Assembly (NCBI GenBank): GCA_963770585.1
Contig: CAVYQH010000004.1
Location: 48,453 to 112,452, forward strand
Length of the DNA stretch: 64,000 nt
Reading direction: 5' to 3'
DNA from: an uncultured Pseudomonadota bacterium
Lineage (GTDB): Bacteria > Pseudomonadota > Gammaproteobacteria > Steroidobacterales > Woeseiaceae
Below, in pieces: positions 28,073 to 36,925 of this stretch. The position numbers were made by a program, and so were the translations under genes. The stretch's first letter is position 1, and each line of letters starts with the position of its first letter. A model generated the notes under the pieces. It saw only the letters and a program-made list of their open reading frames with translations, was not told the DNA's origin and made no database searches.

Positions 28073-28357
28073 GTGAATCTCGATACCCGCCTTTCCGTAC
28101 CGCCGCAGGTCATGTCGCGCCCCGTCGGCGACGAGACCGTGCTGCTCGATCTCGCGAGCGGGATGTACTTCGGTCTCGACGGCGTCGGCAAGCGTATCTG
28201 GGAGTCCGTCTCCGGCGGCAGGAGCCTTGCCGAAACGGTGGATGCCATCGTCGCGGAGTACGACGTCGGCGAGGAACAGGCCCGGTGCGACGTGATCGAC
28301 TTCGCGCAGCGACTGGTCGAACGCGGCCTACTCGCTCAAAGACCGCCCGACAAGTAG
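28073..28357 (+). CDS. PqqD-family protein (lasso B1 / RiPP recognition element)
   Basis: 94 aa, GTG start. VGDETVLLDLASGMYFGLDGVGKRIWESVSGGRSLAETVDAIVAEYDV..EQARCDVIDFAQRLVERGLL has the canonical PqqD layout. Confidence 0.85.
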   Translation: MNLDTRLSVPPQVMSRPVGDETVLLDLASGMYFGLDGVGKRIWESVSGGRSLAETVDAIVAEYDVGEEQARCDVIDFAQRLVERGLLAQRPPDK

Positions 28358-29390
28358 ATCCGCAAACGCGTCGAGATCGGCCTTGCTGCGACGGCTCGCC
28401 GTTCGGCGGCCCCGCGCCGCGCGCAGCACGTCGCCAGGCGCGTCGTGCAGGAAGAGCGTAAAGCCGAGCAGGCGCGTCCAGCGGGCATTCGACGTGCGAC
28501 CCGGCAGGTCGTTTTGCAGCCAGTAGTCGAGCCAGGTTCGGCGCAAGCGCCCGGGCTCGAGGTCAGCCAGCATTTTCGGCAGCATCGCGGGAGCGTACCT
28601 TCCGGCAAGCAGGTCCACCCAGCGCAATGTCGCCCATGCGGCAACGCGCACGCCGTTCTCTTCGAGCAACGTCCGTACGCGATGCCAGTCGAACTGCTGG
28701 CCGCGCAAGCACTCGAGCAGATCGGCCACGCGATGCAAGCCCATGTTCCATCCCGCGAGGTGCTTGCCGAACGCGGGATGCACGAGGAGCGTGAACAGCG
28801 TGTCCTCGGGGCTTTGCATCCACATGTCGTGAAGCCGCCTGCGCCGCGCCAGCATCCCTTCGGTCGGGTCGGTGCCCAGCCGGCCTTCGCGCAACAAGCC
28901 CCAGTGCAGGTCGACGTTCGCATCGCTGCGTGTCAAGCACAAGCTCGCGGCTGATGCCTGCTTCATCGGCTACTGCGGCAAATCCCCGACCGACCAGGGC
29001 TTTCGCCGCGACGAATTTGTCTTCTGGCCGGACCAGGATGTCGAGGTCGAGGCACGCACGGACGGCCGGGTTCGCGTACCAAAGCATCCGGTTTGCAGCG
29101 CCCTTGAAGACGACGTGCTCGACTTCAGCGGCATCCAGGGCGGCACCGATCTCGCGTAGCGCCTTGTCCTGGGCGAGGAACATCGCCTCCGCCTGCATGC
29201 GCGACTCATGGAATTCCGAGCGCCCGGTACGCGCGTGCCACAGCGGCCCGAGGCCGTGGTCGACGACGAACGACACGAAGTCCCCGGAGCGTTCGTCGAG
29301 TACTGCTAACAGCGCGTCATCGGGTGCATCGACGTGCGCGGCCAGGAGCGCCGTTTGGTAATTATTGAGCCGTGGGTCGAGCCGTGGCAT
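28328..29390 (-). pseudogene. nucleotidyltransferase family protein (NTP_transf_5-like), one frame switch near 28940
   Basis: N-part (ORF 28563-29390): VVFKGAANRMLWYANPAVRACLDLDILVRPEDKFVAAKALVGRGF. The C-part continues in ORF 28328-28966 (..TRSDANVDLHWGLL.., TLLVHPAFGKHLAGW..). Confidence 0.7.
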
Positions 29391-29410
29391 GTGGTAATAG
29401 TAGCCGACTT

Positions 29411-31183
29411 ATGAGGGGCATCTGCGGCATCTTCAGCGCCGGCAACGCGACCGTCGACGAGGCGGACCTCGGCGCGACGGCGATCCGGCATGCGGAATCG
29501 GGTTGCAGCATCACCGCGGATGCTGCCCTGTATTACCGCGACGATCTGCTTTCGGCCCTGGGAACGCGGGACAATTCGCTCGACGACGCCGAACTGATCC
29601 TCGCCGCGTATCTTCGCTGGGGTGAGGAATGCGTCGAGCACCTGGAAGGGGATTTCGCGTTCGTCATCCACGACCCGCGCAAGCGGACATTGTTCTGCGC
29701 TCGCGATCCGTACGGCATGCGTCCGCTCTACTACCACTACGTTACGCCGGGCGAGTGTTTTGTCTTCGCCTCGGATGCGCGCGACGTGCTGTGCTACCCA
29801 CAGGTGCCGTTTGCGATCAACGAAGGGCGTATCGCCGACTTCATCGTCGAGGAACTCGAGTGGCTCGACCTCACGAGCACCTTCTACGAGGGCATCGATC
29901 GCCTGCCGCCGGCGCACAAGATCACGATCGATGCGGCGGGTCTGAAGATCGCCGAGTACCGGGCGCCGGCGTGCGGGCCGCTGCTGAACCTGGAAACGGA
30001 CGCAGACTACAACGAGGCTTTTCTCGACGTATTTTCGCGCGCCGTTTCCGAGCGGCAGCAGGTTCGGGGCAGCGAAGCCGGCTCGATGCTGAGCGGCGGC
30101 CTGGATTCGGGCTCGATCGTCGCCCTCGCGAAGAAACCGCTGCGCACCTACTCGCTCGCGAGGCGGCGCGATTCCGATTGCGCCGAGTCGCGCCGCATCT
30201 ACGCGACGCTCGACTTCCTGGGCCTGGAAGGTAAGCAGATCATCGCGGATGAGCCGGCCAGCCTGACGGAGGACCTCGGCGCCGATCTCGCGGAACCCTA
30301 CGACGGCCACTTCCTGTTCCTGAAGGCCATCTACGAAACGGCGAAGCGAGACGGGTTCAACGCCGTGCTCGACGGTTCCGCCGGTGATCTCGTGTTCAAC
30401 GAAGGCGCGTATGTCACCCGGCTCATGCGCCGTGGCCAGCTCGCGCAGGCCTGGCATGAGACCGTCGGCGAGCAGGCTTTCTGGGGCGGTTCGTCGGCTG
30501 CGCCCGCTTTTCTTCGATACTGCGCAAGCGCCTTCACACCGGGCTTGGTGAAGACGCTGCTCCGCGGACCCAGGCAGCGCAGGAACGAGCGAAGTCATGT
30601 CAAGGCATCCCTGATCAGTCCGGCTTTTGCGCAACACGTCGACATCGAGGCGCGCTTCGAGCGCATGCGCGAGACATTCTCCGGCCTCCAGTCAGGGGAT
30701 CCTGGCCTCGAGCGGGTTCGAAAGATCCGCCCAAACCTGACGGCCGGCCGTGAGCGCTACGGGCGCATTGCCGCAGCCGCAGGCATTGAGGCGCGCGATC
30801 CGTACACCGACCTGCGGGTCGTCGACTTCTGCTCGCGCCTTCCGGACGACCAGCTCGCGCGGGACGGCTGGCCCAAGTTCCTCCTGCGCAACGCAATGGA
30901 AGGCCGGCTGCCCGACGCCGTCCGCTGGGGCCGGGGCAAGCCGCATATCGGCGGGGTCTATAACGAGAATTTTCTCAAGCGGGAAAGATTGGCGGGTAGA
31001 CTGAATCTCGATGGCTTGCGTGCCGCGCTCGGAGCCTATGTCGATTCTGGGGCGCTGGGCCGTGCGTGGCATGAATTCGAGGCGGGCGGGGCGTGCGAAC
31101 CTGTCCATACAGCGTACATTTTGTCACTCTGGCTCGACCAGGCCGCCCGACGACCGATTGTTAATGATCGGGGGTTTGGCTAG
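29411..31183 (+). CDS. lasso peptide cyclase (asparagine synthetase-like, C protein)
   Basis: MRGICGIF N-terminus (Ntn-like). PP-loop region MLSGGLDSGSIV. About 590 aa. The precursor gene lies 81 nt downstream. Confidence 0.85.
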   Translation: MRGICGIFSAGNATVDEADLGATAIRHAESGCSITADAALYYRDDLLSALGTRDNSLDDAELILAAYLRWGEECVEHLEGDFAFVIHDPRKRTLFCARDPYGMRPLYYHYVTPGECFVFASDARDVLCYPQVPFAINEGRIADFIVEELEWLDLTSTFYEGIDRLPPAHKITIDAAGLKIAEYRAPACGPLLNLETDADYNEAFLDVFSRAVSERQQVRGSEAGSMLSGGLDSGSIVALAKKPLRTYSLARRRDSDCAESRRIYATLDFLGLEGKQIIADEPASLTEDLGADLAEPYDGHFLFLKAIYETAKRDGFNAVLDGSAGDLVFNEGAYVTRLMRRGQLAQAWHETVGEQAFWGGSSAAPAFLRYCASAFTPGLVKTLLRGPRQRRNERSHVKASLISPAFAQHVDIEARFERMRETFSGLQSGDPGLERVRKIRPNLTAGRERYGRIAAAAGIEARDPYTDLRVVDFCSRLPDDQLARDGWPKFLLRNAMEGRLPDAVRWGRGKPHIGGVYNENFLKRERLAGRLNLDGLRAALGAYVDSGALGRAWHEFEAGGACEPVHTAYILSLWLDQAARRPIVNDRGFG

Positions 31184-31264
31184 AGTAGGGGTATCCTCGC
31201 TCGATTGAGCACACGCAATGCGCTCGACTCTCGAAGAGCGACCTGCAGCGACCGTGGCATTCCG

Positions 31265-31561
31265 ATGAATAACACCAAGCAACATCCGCAAGAAGAACAC
31301 GGCTCGCCCGTCAAAGCGGCATACAAGAAGCCGAATTTGAAGGAGTTTGGGTCCGTCGGCATCCTGACCCAGGCGGGCACCGGAACCCTGACCGAGCTCA
31401 TGCTCAATATGATGTCGAGCATGGACCCGAATGCGCAGGAACTAGGGCCCCGTTCGAGCGCGCTGTTGGAGCGCCCCATGGGCGCGACTTCTTTACCCGG
31501 TAGACCCGTCGCGCCTATGAGGCGCTCCAACAGTTCCTGCGTAGCCTCGTCGCGCCTCTGA
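31265..31561 (+). CDS. lasso peptide precursor (3' end uncertain)
   Basis: MNNTKQHPQEEHGSPVKAAYKKPNLKEFGSVGILTQ|AGTGTLTELMLNMMSSMDPNAQ... The leader carries YKKPNLKEFGSVGILTQ, which is YxxPxLx3Gx5Tx. The predicted core starts at Ala1 with Glu8 as ring acceptor. As assembled, the ORF runs on through three REP units to 31561. Confidence 0.65.
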   Translation: MNNTKQHPQEEHGSPVKAAYKKPNLKEFGSVGILTQAGTGTLTELMLNMMSSMDPNAQELGPRSSALLERPMGATSLPGRPVAPMRRSNSSCVASSRL

Positions 31562-31572
31562 GGCGCTCCAAC
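31465..31572. repeat. REP-like repeats (3 copies)
   Basis: 31465-88 fwd (GTTGGAGCGCCCCATGGGCGCGAC), 31508-31 rev, 31549-72 rev. Confidence 0.85.
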
Positions 31573-31759
31573 AAATTCAGAAAATTTCACCGCCGGCATA
31601 AGGAATTTTCACCTGCCGCCGCGACATCCTCAGGGTCGAGCCCGCCCGTCTCGGACCCTAAGCAAATCAAAACGAGAAGTCGGGGTATTCGACGGAGCGG
31701 TTCCTGGATTCCTGCGCGATCGCAGGGAACCTACCTAAGAAGAACCGGGAGTACCGTCC

Positions 31760-33037
31760 ATGCGTAATCCGATACTACACAGCGCCAACCGCCGTTGGCC
31801 GACGCTGACCGCCCTGCTGGTCACGGCGTTGCCGCTCGGCTGGTCGCAAGCGATCCGAGCCGATGCCGTCACGGACTGGAGCGCCATCGCGCAGACCACG
31901 ATCGTGACCAACGCTTTACGACCGCCCTCGGGTTCCATCGTCGACGCGGCTTATGTGTTCGCCGCGATGTACGACGCGGTGAACGCGATCGATGGCCGCT
32001 ATACCCCGTTCGCGGTCGACGTGGATGCTTCGCCGCATGCTTCGCAGGACGCCGCCGCGGTGGCCGCCGCCCACCACGTCCTGAAGACCTTCTACCCGAC
32101 CCAACAGGCCTACCTCGATGCCTCCTATGCGAGCTCGATCGCTGTCATTCCGGCAGGCCGCGCCCGGGACAAGGGGATCGCCGTTGGCGTCGAGGCCGCC
32201 ACCGCTTTCCTCGCGCTGCGGGCCAACGACGGGCGCGACGCCATCGTGCCCTATGTTTTCGGTAGCGGCCCGGGCGTCTACCAGCTGACGCCAGGGGCGC
32301 CACCACCGCCGGCCTCGCCCGCGACCCCGTGGGTCGCGGTGATGAAGCCGTTCGCCCTGGAGCGCGCGTCCCAGTTCCGCGCCTACGGGCCTCCTGATCT
32401 CACGAGCGCCCGATGGGCTCGCGACTACAAGGAAGTGAAGGCGTACGGCGTGTTGAGCGGCTCGTCACGTACGGATGAGCAGACCGAGATCGGCCTCTTT
32501 TACGCGGAGCATCCCGGCGCCCAGCTCATGCGCAATTTCCGCAACTTTGCTGCCGCCCAGCGGATGAGCCTGGCGGATCGTGCCCGGCTCCTGGCGATAC
32601 TGCACATCAGCGCGGCCGACGCGCTCATCACCTGCTTCGATTCGAAGTACTTCTACAATTTCTGGCGTCCGGTGACCGCGATCGTAGCCGGCGACACGGA
32701 CGACAACGATGCGACCGAGGCGGACGGTGGCTGGATAGCGCTCGCCCCGACTCCGAATCATCCCGAGTATCCGGCGGCCCACGGCGCTGTCAGCACCGCG
32801 TATGCCGAGTCGCTGCGGCACTTTTTCGGCACCAAGAGAATGACGATCACTTTGGACAGCACCGTCACTCAAACGAGCCGCACCTTCCACAATACCGATG
32901 CCATCAGCGAGGAGATCATCCTCGCGCGTATCTATGGCGGCATGCACTACCGGACGTCCGGCGCGCACGGTGCGCAGATGGGTGAAAAAGTCGCGAACTG
33001 GGTCGCCAAGCATTACTTCAAGCCGGTGAAGCGGTAG
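31760..33037 (+). CDS. vanadium-dependent haloperoxidase / PAP2-superfamily protein, secreted
   Basis: Signal peptide. PAP2 motifs KYFYNFWRP (KxxxxxxRP), PEYPAAHG (PSGH-like), ARIYGGMHYRTS (SRxxxGxHxxxD-like). Confidence 0.8.
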   Translation: MRNPILHSANRRWPTLTALLVTALPLGWSQAIRADAVTDWSAIAQTTIVTNALRPPSGSIVDAAYVFAAMYDAVNAIDGRYTPFAVDVDASPHASQDAAAVAAAHHVLKTFYPTQQAYLDASYASSIAVIPAGRARDKGIAVGVEAATAFLALRANDGRDAIVPYVFGSGPGVYQLTPGAPPPPASPATPWVAVMKPFALERASQFRAYGPPDLTSARWARDYKEVKAYGVLSGSSRTDEQTEIGLFYAEHPGAQLMRNFRNFAAAQRMSLADRARLLAILHISAADALITCFDSKYFYNFWRPVTAIVAGDTDDNDATEADGGWIALAPTPNHPEYPAAHGAVSTAYAESLRHFFGTKRMTITLDSTVTQTSRTFHNTDAISEEIILARIYGGMHYRTSGAHGAQMGEKVANWVAKHYFKPVKR

Positions 33038-33083
33038 GACGGCTGTATCGCGGGAAAGCAGAACGAGACCTGGGGAGGCTCAC

Positions 33084-35627
33084 ATGTTTCATGCGTCTGC
33101 GTTCGGCCGCGCCCTTCTCGCGGCTTCCCTGCTCGGCATCGGCTACGCCTTTGCCGAGCCGGGTGATCTCGATCCTGAATTTGGAGACGCCGGGCTGCTG
33201 TCGCTGAGGTTGGCCGACGTAACCCGCGCCCGCGCGGTAATCCAGCAGGCCGACGGAAAGCTGCTCATTGTCGGCGTGGGCGTCCTCAGCTCTGGCAACG
33301 ATGGAAATTTCGTCATTGCGAGGCTCGAACCCGATGGCACACTGGATGCAAGTTTTGGCGCTACGGGCGCTGCAGTTGCGAACTACCGCGGGTACGCCGA
33401 CTTTCCCTACTCGGTACTTCAGCAACCCGATGGCAAGATCGTCCTCGCTGGCACCGTCGGAATCAGCGGCAAGGTGAGTGACATCGGCCTGGCCCGTTTC
33501 AACACGGATGGGACGCTCGATGTCACGTTTGGCGATGGCGGCTGGGCCGCGATCGATCTGGGCGGCGACGACGAAGCAGCCAACTGTCTTATCCTTCAAG
33601 ATGGCGGCCAACTCGTTGCTGCCGGCTATACCAATGCCGGCGGTACCGATCTTTCCGCTTTCGTGCGAGTCACCGGTACCGGAGCGCTCGACACTCGCTT
33701 TGGCACGGCAGGGATTGCGTTGCTCGATTTTGGAGCGGGCAGCCAGTCCTATGCGAATGATTGCGCCTCCCAATCTAGCGGCAAGCTCGTGTCAGTGGGC
33801 CGAGTTGTCACATCGGCTGGCGAAGAGAGCATCGGCGTTGCGAGGCTGACAGCGGATGGCACTCCGGATCCGTCGTTCGATGCAGACGGGCTACTTGCAC
33901 TCCCGATCGAAGCGGATTTCGAAGAGGCTCTTTCCGTCGTGATTCAATCCGACGATTCCATCGTAACTTCCGGTAACGAGTACATGTCGGGGGCGGAACA
34001 CTGGAACGCCGTATTGCGACGCCTGAGTCCGGACGGGGTCCCGGACGCAATGTTTGGTTCGGGCGGCAAGTCCGCCGTGGACTTTGGCAGCCAATCCGCT
34101 TTCCACGAGCCGTTCGTCCAGGCGGATTACACCATCGTCGCAACCGGCTATCGCCTCACCGGCGAGTCCTACCCGGACCTGATATTGGCCCGGTTCAATG
34201 CGGCGGGTCAGCTCGATAGGGGCTTCGGAATCGACGGTGTAGCGGTGGCGGACGTCGGTGCGGGAAACGTCCCTCCCTTTGGAGTTGGTTACGGCCTCGT
34301 GCAGCAAGCCGACGGAAAATATGTGGCGGTCGGTAACAACGTCCGGAAGAGGTCCATGCTTGTTGCGCGGTTCGATGACAATGCCGCCACCCCCGGACGT
34401 GTCGGTTTCACTAACGTGGACCGTTCGGCGGAGGAGGCCAAAGGTTTCGTCAGTTATACGGTACGTCGAACCGGAGGACGCACGGGCGCCGTCAGCGTCG
34501 ACTATGCAACCAGCGCCGGCGAGGCCGAGCCCGGTGTCGATTACGAGAGCCTCGCCGGCACGCTGACATGGAAGGATGGCGAGACGGACGAGAAGAGGCT
34601 GACCATTGCTCTCATAGACGACGCCGAAATTGAAGGACCCGAAACCTTTACGCTTAGCCTTACCGATCCGACGGGCGGTGCCGTGTTGGCGGCTAGCGAG
34701 GCCACATCGCAAATCCTTAGCAAGGACGGCAGCGACGTCGGACCCGGGACGTTTGCTTTCTTTTTTCAGCTGTGGGAAGGCGATGTTGTCGGCACCGAGG
34801 GCAAGTCGGGTTTGACCGTGCCTGTCTTGCGAATGTCCGGATCCCAAGGCGCAGTCAGTGTCTCCTATTCCGTTACAAGCGGAACGGCTACCGAGGGTGA
34901 GGACTTTGTCATGTCGGGTACGCTGAGCTGGGCGGACGGCAACAAATCACAGAAGTCGATCACGATCGACTACCTCGAAGACATACTAGTCGAGGGTACA
35001 GAAACATTTCGCATCACGCTCAATAGCCCAACTGGCGGCGCGACGCTTGGCTCCTATCGATCCCAGGATTGCACCATAAAGGACGATGAACTGTCATTTG
35101 GATTCCTAGGGCCATCGGCGTCCACTCCGGAGCAAGACGGCTTGCTGACCTTCTCGATCGAACGCAACGGTTCGCGGAAAGAGGCTGCGAGCGTCGATTA
35201 CTCGACCTCGGACGGTTCTGCGACAGACGGGTCGGATTTCGCGTCAACCAGTGGCACGCTTACCTGGGCCGCCGGCGACGCGGAAGCGAAGACTATTGAG
35301 ATACCGATCAATGATGACACGCTGGACGAACCGGACGAAACCTTCACTGTATCGCTCGACAACCCCACGGACGGCTTTGGCCTCACTGCGAATTCCGCGG
35401 TCACCGTGACGATCGTCGACAACGACTCGACGAGTGGTGGCGGTGATGGCGATGGCGATGGCGGTGGTGGTGGCGGAGGCAGCGGCGCGCTGGCATGGCT
35501 AGAGTTGCTGGGCCTCGCGGCCCTGGCCTGGCTTGGTCGAATCATCACGGGGCCGGGAACGAAACAGAAACGGCGTTCTCCGGGGTTTCGATGCGTTACC
35601 GCGGAATCGACCTGGCTGCACCATTGA
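33084..35627 (+). CDS. large secreted protein: delta-60 repeats + three Calx-beta domains + Gly-rich/hydrophobic C-terminal tail
   Basis: Signal peptide, then about 7-8 repeats of LDxxFGxxG...(Q)xDGK(I/L)V..G. Three Calx-beta units (e.g. GAVSVDYATSAGEAEPGVDYESLAGTLTWKDGETDEKRLTIALIDDAEIEGPETFTLSL). The tail is GGGDGDGDGGGGGGGSGALAWLELLGLAALAWLGR..KQKRR. Confidence 0.75.
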   Translation: MFHASAFGRALLAASLLGIGYAFAEPGDLDPEFGDAGLLSLRLADVTRARAVIQQADGKLLIVGVGVLSSGNDGNFVIARLEPDGTLDASFGATGAAVANYRGYADFPYSVLQQPDGKIVLAGTVGISGKVSDIGLARFNTDGTLDVTFGDGGWAAIDLGGDDEAANCLILQDGGQLVAAGYTNAGGTDLSAFVRVTGTGALDTRFGTAGIALLDFGAGSQSYANDCASQSSGKLVSVGRVVTSAGEESIGVARLTADGTPDPSFDADGLLALPIEADFEEALSVVIQSDDSIVTSGNEYMSGAEHWNAVLRRLSPDGVPDAMFGSGGKSAVDFGSQSAFHEPFVQADYTIVATGYRLTGESYPDLILARFNAAGQLDRGFGIDGVAVADVGAGNVPPFGVGYGLVQQADGKYVAVGNNVRKRSMLVARFDDNAATPGRVGFTNVDRSAEEAKGFVSYTVRRTGGRTGAVSVDYATSAGEAEPGVDYESLAGTLTWKDGETDEKRLTIALIDDAEIEGPETFTLSLTDPTGGAVLAASEATSQILSKDGSDVGPGTFAFFFQLWEGDVVGTEGKSGLTVPVLRMSGSQGAVSVSYSVTSGTATEGEDFVMSGTLSWADGNKSQKSITIDYLEDILVEGTETFRITLNSPTGGATLGSYRSQDCTIKDDELSFGFLGPSASTPEQDGLLTFSIERNGSRKEAASVDYSTSDGSATDGSDFASTSGTLTWAAGDAEAKTIEIPINDDTLDEPDETFTVSLDNPTDGFGLTANSAVTVTIVDNDSTSGGGDGDGDGGGGGGGSGALAWLELLGLAALAWLGRIITGPGTKQKRRSPGFRCVTAESTWLHH

Positions 35628-35686
35628 ACCGAAGGCTCTTCGCAGGGCTACTACCAATTAGTGGTACTCCAGCGAGGAGAATAGAA

Positions 35687-36252
35687 ATGAAACGGTGCTT
35701 AGCGTGTTCGGCTGCAGCGCTGCTGATAGTGGTGGCCGCGCCAGCCGCAGCGGATGACATCGTCTGCAAGAAAACCCTTACGAACCAGACCATCGACGGC
35801 AACATCGTCGTTCCCAACGGTGCGTCCTGCGTTCTCATAAACAATTACGTCAAAGGCAATATCGACCTTCTCGATCGTGCACAACTGGTCGTCCGTAACG
35901 AGACTTTCGTCGAGGGGAGCGTCCAGGCGGATGGCGCTCACCGGGTGCGCATACGCGACAGTGAGGTCAATGGCAACATCCAGTTGACCGGGGTCGACTA
36001 CAGTCTCGGCTCTCTCGTGGTGAACACACGAAAGTGGGCGGCTCCATCGACTGGAAGGACAACGACGCCGAGATGCTGATCCGTTACAACAGTGTGATCG
36101 GCGATATCAAGGTCGAAGAGAACAACCGCCTGGTCCGGATATTCGATAACAAGGTCGGCCATGATCTGCGGTGCCGGGATAACGAGCCGGAGCCGGTCGG
36201 CGCTCGAAACATGGTCGATGGCAGCAAGGAAGGTCAGTGCCGTAAGTTTTGA
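35687..36252 (+). pseudogene. small secreted beta-helix-like protein, one frame switch near 36032
   Basis: AGGAGA RBS, then MKRCLACSAAALLIVVAAPAAA signal peptide. Repetitive (G/N)NI.. strands. Continues in ORF 36034-36252 (VGGSIDWKDNDAEMLIRYNSVIGDIKVEEN..). This switch looks like a missing base, unlike the others. Confidence 0.45.
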
Positions 36253-36268
36253 ATCGCAGGCATGACCC

Positions 36269-36332
36269 GTTGGAGCGCCCCATGGGCGCGACTTCGCGCG
36301 GCAGATCGGTCGCGCGCATGGCGCGCTCCAAC
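36269..36332. repeat. REP-like convergent pair
   Basis: 36269-92 fwd and 36309-32 rev (GTCGCGCGCATGGCGCGCTCCAAC), between convergent genes. Confidence 0.85.
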
Positions 36333-36353
36333 AGGAGGCGGCCGCGCCCGCCT

Positions 36354-36755
36354 TCAGAACCAGAGATCCTTCACGCAACGCCCGTCGCGCGGCAGGTCGT
36401 CGAAGGAACCCAGCCCGTCGAAGTGATCGATGACGAGGTCCGCGACAGCTTCCGGCGGCGCGAGCCGGATATTGACGGCCATGCGTCGTCGCCCGTCCTC
36501 GTCCACGCGCGTGCTGCGCCAGCAGAGCACGCAGGCGCATGCGGAACAGAAGTGGATCTCGAGCGCAAGATCTTCCTTGCCTTGGCGCGTGTAAACCTTG
36601 CTCTGGCCCTCTATCCGGATGCGCTCGTTCTCGTAGTCGTAGGCCCAGAGCGCGCCGTAGCGCCGGCACAACGTGCAATTGCACGCGGTGATGGAGCCGG
36701 GATCGCCTTCGAGCGCCCAGCCGAGTTTCCCGCAGTGGCATCGGCCATTCAGCAT
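36354..36755 (-). CDS. GFA-family (glutathione-dependent formaldehyde-activating-like) protein
   Basis: CHCGK....CNCTLCRR..... and CSACA cysteine pattern of the GFA/CENP-V fold. 133 aa. Confidence 0.8.
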   Translation of the reverse strand: MLNGRCHCGKLGWALEGDPGSITACNCTLCRRYGALWAYDYENERIRIEGQSKVYTRQGKEDLALEIHFCSACACVLCWRSTRVDEDGRRRMAVNIRLAPPEAVADLVIDHFDGLGSFDDLPRDGRCVKDLWF

Positions 36756-36925
36756 AGCTATTTCCAGGGACAGCGACCGTGATACTCGATTGTGATCGAT
36801 AACGAAGCTGCTGGAAATACAGTCACTTTCCCGGTTGCAAAGTTTTGTATTGCAAGGCAGGACTTTCGCCGCGTTGGCATGTCATGTGCATCATCTTCAG
36901 TACGCCAATTGACAGGAGATGAACG

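Noticed and set aside
23789-30637. Long antisense or alternative-frame ORFs across the lasso cluster (23789-24871, 24421-25467, 25781-27013, 26334-27104, 29306-30637)
   Set aside because: Each overlaps a motif-bearing gene in another frame or strand and is Arg/Pro/Ala-rich with no recognisable motifs.
31205-31264. Longer start (31205) for the lasso precursor ORF
   Set aside because: It would add 20 residues (MSTRNALDSRRATCSDRGIP) upstream of an already full-length 36-aa leader. ATG 31265 gives a typical leader length. Either way the core prediction is unchanged.
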